A DNA stretch of 64,000 nt. Source: Azolla caroliniana (Eukaryota; Plantae; Polypodiophyta). Both the position numbers and the translations under genes were made by a program. Shown in pieces: positions 40,801 to 55,000 of the stretch. The stretch's first letter is position 1. Each line of letters opens with the position of its first letter. The notes beneath the pieces were generated by a model that saw only the letters and a list, made by a program, of their open reading frames with translations, had not been told where the DNA came from and searched no databases. Where the stretch lies: assembly GCA_043228905.1 (NCBI GenBank), contig JBHGNT010000011.1:17670001-17734000 (forward strand), in the 5' to 3' direction.

Positions 40801-41279
40801 GCTAAAACGTCCAAATTGGAATATTAATGTGCAAACATCAACTGTAGATGTCAAATTAATGCGATGTAAAAATGCCCATTAATCACGGTCAACCATACCT
40901 TGTGATCTTACCCAAATCTTAGCTCTTACATTCTCTATGCAATAATAGATTGTAAGGCTTTAGATTATTTCAAAGGGTGGCCTAAGGTCACCCCCAATCA
41001 CACGAGATAGACATCACAGTTGCATCATGGCATCAACATACATCAAGTATGAGGTCATGGAAGGTATATAAGGTACGAACTATGGAAATATGAAGTTGCA
41101 ACATGAACATATATTATAGGTTCATACATACATGCTTGACAAATAATGCAATTTGTGAGACATAATTAAGAGGGTGTGATAATTGGGGCGTTGTCCATAA
41201 AGCACCACCTAGAAGGTTGAGCTCGTATATGAAAGTCAAGAATGGAGTGTTGAGCGGAGTATTAAGAGAAAATCATTAA

Positions 41280-41460
41280 ATGCATAGCATGTAATATACT
41301 CGAATGCATTGGCAAACATTCTTTTCCATACGAATGCGTATGTTATCAAAACTTTTTACCTTATAATAAATCATGAATACAAACGTATGGTATTTACCAT
41401 ACTCGAATGATTGGAACATTCTCAAGTGCAAATGCACGTATGGTTCATACTATGATTAAA
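41280..41460 (-). repeat. Dispersed repeat, inverted copy of sequence at about 8200-8280 and 9120-9160
   Basis: Reverse complement CATAGTATGAACCATAC.TGCATT...GAGAATG.TCCAATCA..CG.GTATGGTAAAT matches 8206-8277. Confidence 0.6.
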
Positions 41461-42658
41461 TGAATGCATTACCCTAGTCATGGGGTTGAGGATGAGGATC
41501 ATCCCATACTATGAGGTGAATCATTGCATGCATGGAACTCATCACAACATCTCCAAGTTGGACACACTAACCCTTCACCTCTTAGTCACATATGTGTGCT
41601 CCCCTATTAAAGCATAAGAAGTTTGACAAAATACACGTGCTCAATAGATTGCCTTGTAGCACTCTTTTTTGTTTCATTGATTTTTTTTTCAACCTTCCAA
41701 ATAAGTTAAAATATTGTAACCGTCACCATCTTTCTCCACAATGTGAATGTGTATCCAAAAGACAACATGGGTTTCACAATATGTTTTGTAAGCAACCTTG
41801 GGGTAGCAAGATGCTCCCTCATACTCACCCAACTTAGTATTGAATGGGTTACTTTGAACAAATCACAAAGAAAGTGGTATTCATAAATCAAATTTTGGAA
41901 TTTACCATAGAAAGACAATTAGTTATGCAAATTCTCTTTGTGGGCAATTTGGTACATTTCACACGAGATGCAAATGCATCCATCACATTGTTAAGGTTAT
42001 TGCAGAGAGAGTGACATATACACGAACATAAGGAGAACAGAGATGGAGATTGTGAGACAAAGCTTCTTCCACATTTTACAAACGTTTCCTATTCACGAGG
42101 TATTAGGGATTTGCATTCATATATTGGGATGCACACAATGCTTTCGTATTTGATGGTAGGCACGAAGTCAAAGCATATCTACGGAGTGAGTATGAACGCG
42201 ACAAATTTTTTTATTGTTGAAAATTCTTTCCTCGGTGGAGTGTTGGGGGGTCTTGCCTATTGGCGATTCAACAGGTCCCACACGACTTACCCTTGTAGTT
42301 TCGTGGTGACAGGCAGTCAATTGGGGTGCCGTCGTAGCATTTGTCACGCACATCCGTTAATATAAATTGTGTGGTTTGATGAGAGAGAGAGAATCCATGA
42401 CTAAAAAAGATGTGGCAGAACGACATGCAATGTGCTTTGGAGAAGGAGTGTGTGTGGTAGGTCCTAAGAAAAGAGAATAAAAACGCCATCTAACAAAGAA
42501 AAAAAGAAGACTCATTTTTTTATGTGTTTTTTTTTTTTTGCTTTGAAAGTGTGTGTGGGGGGGGGGGGGGGAAGTCTGAAGAGTAGTTTTCAGCAATTCC
42601 GAAAACCACTACCCCTCCCTGGTATTTTTGGAGAAACCAATGAACGCATGCGGCTTAC

Positions 42659-42711
42659 CCAATAGAAATCCGCCACGTGGAAGAGGATCTCCCCAATAGA
42701 GAGCTGCCACG
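42659..42711 (+). promoter_or_regulatory. Two tandem ERSE-type elements (CCAAT-N9-CCACG), each overlapping a G-box CCACGTGG
   Basis: CCAAT-agaaatccg-CCACG (42659-42677) and CCAAT-agagagctg-CCACG (42693-42711), about 260-310 bp upstream of the ATG at 42971. Confidence 0.65.
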
Positions 42712-42840
42712 TGGTAAATACCCGCGGGCATTTTTTTAAAGCCCAAAAGAAAAAAAAAAGGACCCTCTCCTCCCCATCACTTCTTTTTTTTTTCCCCCCC
42801 AATTCATCTCCACCTCTCTCCCATCTCTGTGTCTGTGTGG

Positions 42841-42867
42841 AAACCCTAACCCTAACCCTAACCCTAA
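42841..42867 (+). promoter_or_regulatory. Telo-box extended into (CCCTAA)4
   Basis: AAACCCTAACCCTAACCCTAACCCTAA; a further CCTAACCCTAAC at about 42934. Confidence 0.6.
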
Positions 42868-42889
42868 CTCTACCCTCCCCCCCCACCCC

Positions 42890-42932
<43 letters not shown>

Positions 42933-42970
42933 ACCTAACCCTAACTTCTGGCGCTCAGATCCTACCTGAC

Positions 42971-45700
42971 ATGGGAAAGCTTCTACAATGCGATGGATCC
43001 CCTAGTGTCCTCGACTCCTTCCCACAGCAATGCCATAGCTCTGCAATCGAACCGTGGCGAGAAAATCCTCTTCAGCTCTCCCTCCCTTCTCCTCCGGCGC
43101 TTTCACCCGTACTTTTACCTCCTCTTCCACCTTCTTCTTCTTCTTCTTCTTCTACTTCGTCATCATCACCTTCTCCTCCTGTTTCTGTTTCTGCTTCTCT
43201 TTCCGATTCTGTTCCCAGCGATGGCGACGAAACTTCTCCTTCTCCCTCTTGGGACTCCGTTTCTGGCCTTGAATTTCAGCAGGTCCAAGCCCTTCTCAAA
43301 CTCGCTGCCAAAGGCGTCTTTTGGAAGCATCCATCCAAACCTCTCTCTTCTGCCTTCACTCTCCACCATGGAGGCGATGTTGAAGCTGATGGGAACTGTC
43401 TCTTCTCTGCTGCGCAAAAAGCTATGTCTCTGAATGATGATCATGCTCAGTCTGTTAGAGAAAAGACTGTTCAGAGGTTTGTCAGAGACTATAAAGCCGG
43501 TGTCTTGAACAAATCTGAGACAGATCGAGCAATTAAACACCTGTATAGTCCAGATCTGGGATGTGGATGGGGTGTTCACGTTGTTCAAGAGGTGAAATTG
43601 CTCGCCAAGAAGGAAGAAAGAGATTCTATGGACTCCGCCATCCAAGAGCTCGTGCAATGCTGCGTCTCTAGGTACGTTTACACAGTCATTTGTATTCTTC
43701 TGGTACCCATCTTTCTCTTGAATCCCTCTCTCTTTTTATTTTTCTTTCTCTGGTTTGTGAAGTGACAACGAAAATTCGTGGCTTTCGTGCTACCTACAGT
43801 CTTAATTATGGTAGCTCGAAACATTTCTCCGTATGTAGGAAACATGCATCTTATTCTTCTCCTTCTATGCGTGTTGTGTTCTTCCTGAATAATTTATTTC
43901 TGCATATCGATTCCATGCGATCTACATTCTAAGATTTGCCTGCTATACAGTGTATTTTGCCCCGTCTTGCAGACCATGCAGTAAAACCCAGTAAAACTTC
44001 TCAGTAGCTTGAAAGTTCTTACTTTCTTTTCTTCCATTCTGCGGGAAAGACGCCGCTTGAACATTGTATAGCTTCACAATCCATTTCTTTCTTAGCATTG
44101 CATGTCAAATGAAAGTGCCTCTCTTTTAGAATGAAATATTTGCTGAAATAGGTCAGTTAAAATAGTTTGAAAGATGCACTTATCTCTTTCGAGTGTTTTT
44201 CATTGAAATTGCTGCCGAAACTACCCTCAAAGAGCTGTTTTTGCAGTCTGAAAAGACTGCGGAAACAGTCTGTAAAGGTATGTGTTTGGTACTAAAAAAA
44301 ACGACGTTCTTTTCTATCTGTCTTCCATTTTCAGTGTGAACTATTTAAAAATGCATTTCTTTCTTTCATGATAGATTGATATGTGTTTTTTTTCTCATTA
44401 TTTCCCATTAATTTCTTCCTTCATTATTTCCAATTGAGTTAGGAAGAAATCGCATAATAAAAATGGTGTTTATGGAGAGTCAGTTATTTCTATTTTTCTT
44501 GAATCATTTTTCCATTTTTTTCAGTGAAAGTGCTGCTGAGACAGTATATAAAGAACGGTGCATTGCTGTGGATAATGGTGATGCATGGGCCAAATACATG
44601 TCTATTGCTGGAGATACTAATGATGTTCATGATATCATCACTTTGATGTATGCAGAGGATGGTCTCATCAGCATCGACGATAACCGAGAAGGCAGAGCGG
44701 CTGCCTTTGGCGATGATATAGCCATTGAAAGTCTTGCATCAGAATATCACCGAGAAATCTTTGTGGTATTCCTCTCTTTCTCTCCCTCTGTTTGAATTAA
44801 GTTTGATTTACTTTGAATTTGAGTTAGTGGTATTGATTGGCTCAGGTTCAAGCTCATGGAGCTGATGCTATGGTGGATGAAGAGCACTGTGTTTTCTTCC
44901 TTTCTCATAGACCACGGGGCGAGATTCAGCATTACCCCGTTTTTTTATTCATGAAAGGCACTGGTAAAACTTCTGATTTTGTGGTGCTCATGCATCTTTT
45001 ATTCATCTCATTCCAATTTATTGTGTGTGGGGGAGAGAGAGCAATTTCTTTGAAGGGAATGCATTCTGATATTTGTGTATGGCTTCAAAGTGATGGGGGT
45101 GGGGAAATACTTGTTTGCCTTACTAAAAGCTGTGGATTTAATTCGGCTCTTCTACAAATGCAACACCTTTATATTCCATTGTGGATTTTGAAGAGATGGT
45201 ATGTGTACATGCTTATGTGAGTGGTTTTATAGAGATGGTGGAAATGCATGAATCAATATGGTTTCTTTAGTCTTGGATATGTACACCTTTCTGGGCTTGG
45301 TTTTGAAGAGAATGGCTTTGTAGAGATAAAGAGAGTGCATGAATGAATGCGTATGAAATTACTCAGAATTACATGTTTTGAGCATTCATCTGAAGATAAC
45401 AGAAAGATATGTCAATTTGATACATGTTTAGATGTGGGGAAATGTGTGAAGAATTGAACTTTGATTTATGCAGACAATGGAGTTGTATCTTATTTTTGCA
45501 TGTGCAGTGTATTTGGGTCTTTGAAGTGGTTTCAATAATGTGCATGTATTTTGCATTGGCATGCTTGTGAAGAGATTAAGTATATGTTTTGTTTGAATAT
45601 CATGACAGGGTGGTGTGGATCTGGAGCTGATCATTATGAGCCGCTCATTGCTCGAAGAGCTCCATCAATTCTTCAAGAGAAAGTGGCCTTAGTTTTGTAG
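42971..45700 (+). CDS. OTU-like cysteine protease / deubiquitinase-family protein, 4 exons
   Basis: Cys box VEADGNCLFSAA, FGDDIAIESLASEYHREIFVVQ (resembles the OTU WG...E..ALA...I.V segment) and His box GADHYEPL. Exons 42971-43671, 44525-44765, 44846-44963, 45609-45700; GT-AG, frame continuous. The gene model is more certain than the OTU function. Confidence 0.85.
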
Positions 45701-47184
45701 TGACTTTTCAATGGAATTTTGTTTTCTTTCTACTTCAGCTCAATATCAATTATATGTACTACCTCACATGTAGTAACGTTGTAGTTGTCCACATAGTGCC
45801 TTCTCTTTGGGGGTAGAGAGAACTTCACAAGTTTTGCTAAGCAAGTCTGAAGCCAGTTTTTCCAGCTGGGTTTTTCTATCATGTATTTCTAGTAACAAGG
45901 CAGTGAGTTGTTGCATTCTTTTGTATCAAGAGGATATATTCTTTTTAGAAGCACATTATTTTTTTGTTGGGTGAAAAAAGACTCGAAACTTCTAGGAGAA
46001 AAGAGATACAAAGACAAAGACAAGAGTAAAAGGTCGAGTCAAAGTTTTCGGAAGCCGTGTTTATTGTGGCTTTCTGGTGCGGGATGCCGCATTGTGAGGA
46101 CAAGATTGATTTATTTTACACATGAATCCATGGGTGTTGTATTAAAATGGTGGATTTACTGGTGAAAGAAATGATAGTAGAAAGGTTGATTTACAAATTT
46201 GTCTAGATTTGGTTTCCTAAGGCCTTTATTCTGTGCATATGTAGAGTGTACATTAATTCTGAAATAAATGAACAAAGAAAATGCTTGTCGACTGTACATT
46301 AATTCTGAAATAAACGAACAAAGACATTGCTTAGCAGTGTGAATCAATTATAGTACTATGTAATATATTTGCAGTGGATTTCTCCTTCTGTGACCATTTC
46401 GATTTCATCCTCTGGTGGAAGGCACTCAAAGATCACGGTCAGTTTGACCTGTCTCCAGTAATACTTGTTATGACATACCCAACGTCTGTTTGTATGTTAA
46501 TGCTATTACACTGGGTCCTAGCAACATAGACATCAATGAAATGACGCACATAAAACCTGTTTGGAGCTACACACTATTATAGTGGCCTCTTTTAAGCAAT
46601 GCATATAGTGATGGTAAGATGTGAGAATTTTGTACCTTTGCTTGTAAAGTTGAGCCACTATGTTATACTTTTGTGACACACACATATATAACTTCAGAGG
46701 TCACGCATTTCCATTCTCTACTTGGAAGTATAGCAGTTACAATAACCACTGACAATATATAGAACACCACTCTTTCTAGTATAGTTGAATCGGTTTGGAC
46801 CTCTTCTTGGGAAAATACCCCTCCTTATTTTCATAATGATTGGAATACTCTTAACTTCTTAGAAATAGTCAAGATACACCAAAATTGGATTTGCCTACTT
46901 GGTTGTGCGCCCTTCCCTTGTGATTCTTGTGCCTAAGATCGATGGACAAAACTATTGCCCAAAAAATCCTTATGCTTGATCTATTTGATTTTTTGGCACA
47001 AATATTTTGTATCTAAGTTGTAGGTGGGATAAGGAAGCGAAAATCCAAGCTTGGTCTATCTTTATCCCTGTTTTTGGACCTTGGTTGCATAGAAGACGTG
47101 TGACAACACATAGGGTCAAGCAACTTAGCAAGGACGCTTGACATCAACCACCATCTTTTGAACAAGAAGCAAAATGATGCACCA

Positions 47185-47246
47185 TACATACATACATACA
47201 TACATACATACATACATACATACATACATACATACATACATACATA
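47185..47246. repeat. (CATA)n microsatellite
   Basis: About 15 perfect CATA units; a complementary (TATG)n run at 47771-47805. Confidence 0.95.
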
Positions 47247-47367
47247 CGCACACACAATACAAACACGCGTGCACATACGCATACACATACACATACACAT
47301 ACACCACATACATTTGTGTGTACTGAGAAACTTTAAAAGTACGTAGTATTGGATATAGATAGCTTAA

Positions 47368-50423
<3,056 letters not shown>

Positions 50424-52046
50424 ATAACAAAGGAAAAAGAATGACAATTTGAAACAAAATTTTTGGAATTTGTAACAAAACGTTTTTCTTGAGTTTGGCA
50501 CAGCAATTAGATATGAATGTGTGTTTAGTATACACAATATGATGCTCGTGTAATTACACCTTTTCATTGTAGCAACTGAGAAAAGAGGGACGACCAAGCA
50601 AAAAAGCAACTGAAAGAAATGCTGAGCTCGTCTGGTATAACATTTGAATATGTAAAAAGTTGATGAGTAGTTGGGCATATGATGTTAGTGTTATTGCATA
50701 TGTTTGTCCATTATGGCCTTAGTGTTTATGAAAGATTTTCAGATTCAGTGCACTTATTTATTGTACACATCATCACACTGATTCCCATATCAGTAACACT
50801 TGCACATAGCTGTGTCTCCGAAGGAAGTCTTTAAAATGTTCTCTCCTAAGAATAGAACTAAGAGTATGACGCCAAGAAGTCTTATACATTTTTGTACAGA
50901 TTAACCTGGTGGAACTTCCCAAATAACTCTTTATGGTACTCCCTTCAGACTGGACTAAAGACTATGATCCCAAGAATTGTATGCATTTCATGCCATGAGT
51001 CTGGTCTCGCAGATTAAGACCCAATGTTACATTTTGGAGTCAGAATTGATATTATCTAATAGATTCAGACCTAGACATTTTCCCATTCAAATGGGGGCAC
51101 ATTTTCTATTTCGGAAAATAAAAAAATAGAAGGCTGTCTTCAACCCCCCCACGTGGAAAAACTTCTTTCAAGAGACTAGATGAGAATTTTTGTTTTTAGA
51201 GAGCATGAAAGATTGTCATGATGGTTGAGAGCTTGCACCATGTAGACTGATATACTCTTTAAAACATTAAAATATGCTAAAAGGTCTATGATCAAATTTT
51301 TGTTTAGCATTTATCATTTTTTAAAGGATTTGATGCATCCTCCTTGCCCCTGGTGGCAATGATGACTGATCACATTTATAACTTAGAAATCCACACTATA
51401 TCAAACGACTTATTTAGTATGATATATGTATAGTAAAGCTATAGGGTAAACCTATATATCTCATGATTTTCCAGAGTAAGTATAGTGCATTTTGTGATGG
51501 GATAGGATTTGCATTATAATTTATTTATCTGGTTTGAATTTCAATATTTGTGAATTTTTTCTTTGTTTTCAGTGATGTGAATCTAAACATATGACAATTG
51601 ATTATCCAAAAGTGACATATTTGAATGAAATATGATATTAGTGAATCTACAAATGAACATGAAGATAACAAGGTTAAGAAACTACTCTTTCTTGCACAAT
51701 ACTTTATGTTACAAAGTAAAACCATTGGAAATTTATCCATCTCCATTTTGTGTGAAGCCATGGATTCTTCTACTGTACACAGGTGAATAGAAACATTGAG
51801 CTCAACAAACAAGCCTTTGTTTTTTAAGCTTGTGAAAAAAACCGTAAAGATCATACTGATCCAATAGTTTGTTGTTGAGCCACAACTTTTTTCTACAGGA
51901 GAACTCGAGCTATACCATCTCTCTTTTAGATCCACAACACTTCTAAGATGGAAAAAAAACAGAAGAAATGACATGGCATCAATTTCATGGAGGACTCTGG
52001 AAATTGGAAAAAAATTAAGTCAATGAAACATACAACACTGAGACAT

Positions 52047-55000
52047 TTAAGCTTTGGGAGTTTGTGAGGTAGGAGGTCTTTGTAATGGTTTTAGTGCATT
52101 CATTATTTCCCCAAATGATGGACGTGCAGCTGGATTGCTGTATAAAATATAAGAATATTTGCTTAGAAAAAAACATTGAAAACGAAACATTTTAAACAAA
52201 TGGGAGTTATGCAAAATGTTTTTTTGGGGCTTTGCCACATAAGTGATAGATCATGAGTTCAATTCTGACCTTCAATACTGTTCAATAAAATCCTTCTCTT
52301 ATCCCTCATTAAGAGGAGTCAGGATTATCAATAATATATATACCATTCATTGCAGTTAATAAGTGTTTTTGAAAAGGCCATTCAAATGTTGAAAAGCTCA
52401 TTTAAACTAGATTAAATGTTCCTTCATGCATGGCATTATTAATAGCCCAGCAACATAACTTATAGCCAATTACTCATCATGATGTGTTAATTATGCACAG
52501 TAGTTAAGTTGTTGAACATGCTGTTTGCTAATAATCAATTGGCAGTACGTATCCTCATTCCAGTAATAAGAGGCATGCATAAAATTGTCACTTCAGTCAG
52601 AAAACTTTTGATGGTATATTGGCAATTGTTTCCCAAGAAAGAAAGAAAGAACAAAGGGAAGTTCTAAACCACTCCTAGGCATAACAAAGATTAAAAAGAG
52701 GAAGGACAAAAACAAAAACATATGTACCTCTGCCAACACTGCTGAATTATTGTTATGATGGCTGGATCCAAGTCTTCTGGAATATCCAATGTTCTGTATT
52801 GAAAACCGACGGCTCCGACAACTTGCATTGGGTTCATACCGGCCCATGGCTGCTGCAAGGTAGCCAGCTCCCATAGTATCACGCCAAAGCTGTAGACATC
52901 CGACCTGAATGCAAACTTGACAATTCTCTAATATTTCTGAACCTCTAAAATGGCCTGTTATTTATTGTCTTCGTATGAAGAGAAAAGAAAGCATTGTGTG
53001 GCAACACATAAAACACTAGCAAAAACATAAATTATGTTTAATGTGTTACACGTTATGCACTCTATTCTCAGATTTCTTGCGTTACGTTTTTTATTGCATT
53101 GCATATTATACTACTTACTTTTCATTTGAAGGTTCATTCCGAAGAACTTCAGGTGCCATCCATTCAGGCTGAAAGACAAAAGTTGAAACACCCAAACCAC
53201 AATTTTATTACCAAAACCATGACGATTATAGTGAAAACACCCCCATTAAGCTTGATATAAACCTACTGTTCCAGCTGTGGATTTCGAGGATAAGAATGTA
53301 TTGTGTTTCATTCGAGAGAGACCGAAGTCACAAACCTACAAAACATGTCCACCTGAAACTTGTTATACAACACAAAAAGAGAATCAACAAGATCCATTTT
53401 CGAGTTTGTATATATTTAAATAGATAAAAACAAGTTCATATTCGGAAAAAAATCTTACTTTAACCACCCAGTTCTTGTCTACGAGTAGGTTTGGTGATTT
53501 GAGATCCCGATGCACAATAACTGGTGTGCTAGTATGCAGATAGTTCATACCTCTTGCCTAAGATATCCACACGTTAAATTTAAATCTTGGAAAAGAGTAT
53601 CAAAAAGTGGAAGTAATTTCCTACATGGAAGATCTTACAGTAGTGTCTGCAAGACAAATATTCCATCATAAAACATATTCATCACAAGTTAAGAACTTAC
53701 AACGTCCAGCGCCATGCGCATCCTTCTTCTCTCATCTAGATTACTATTAGAGCGATGAATCAAACGATAAAGACTCCCCCTGGTAAAAGAGTGGATTTGA
53801 AGCAATAAATATACACAATCTGGACAATAATCTGCTAGAGAATTGAGGAGAACATTCATAAAGACATAGATAATAGTGAAGTTCCACGTTAAATCCATCC
53901 TTACCTGGGAAGGAACTCCGTAACAATTGAAAGATTCGGGGGCTGCATAACAGCTCCCATAAAGAGAACGACATTAGGATGGCGCATTCGTTTCATCAAA
54001 CGAACCTGCAAGAAGTCAGAATATGATGACAACTTTTTGATCCCTAACACCAAACGTTCTTAAATATTGTGACCCTTCCAATGGTATTTTTAGAACAGGA
54101 GGTCAGGAAACAACCAGTGTTTATAATTAGGACCAATCCATTGTTAAGTGATGGCTAAGAGGTAGAGAGGCACACTAAGGGCATTTGGTTCTATAGAAGT
54201 CTCATTGCTCAAGCTGATTAAATAAAAGTTAAAATGAGCTTCCAAAAGTTACAAAACTGGCCACCACCACCATCTTCTTTACTTCTCCACTTATTACTTT
54301 GACCACACTTCATCTCAGTCACATTTGAATATACCAAAGTGGCATTAAATATCTGGAGCAAGTCAAGATTTCTCATTCTAACACCTTATTCTAGAGCCTT
54401 GATTGACTACTCTGGGTATTCCCCCTGAGACACAATTGAGTATACCCTGAGATATTAAAAATGATACAGAAAATCTTTATCCACGACCATGTATTGGATA
54501 AAGCTGATAGTGCACATGATTGGGGTCGAACGTTTGTTCCGTCCGGGCATCTTTGTAAGACGTGAAACACCTGATCCCATTCCGACCATGATACCGCCAT
54601 TAAAGACAAAGATATGGTCAAGTTCTTGAAAATTGTTCCTACCCACATAAAAAACATATATTCGGTGCTCACTAGTGTGGTGTGGGGGGGATAATTCTCT
54701 AGAAATAATCTAGTCTTTCAGCAAAACAAGATGTCAGCATGCAGGCAGTGATAGGAGATTGGTGGAATAGCAACATTGTTTTCTATATAAAAGACTCACT
54801 ACTAATCCATACAGCTGATGACCGCAATGGGCAGCGATTGATCAAGTTCAAATTAGCAAATCACAAAACTAAAAGTATAAATGATCAGAGATTGAACTCA
54901 ATTTCAATCATTTGCTTGCTTTGCACCATTTCTACACCAAGACTATACCACATTCATCAGGATCCTAGAGAAATGCAGAAATGCAGTATGATAATATCAG

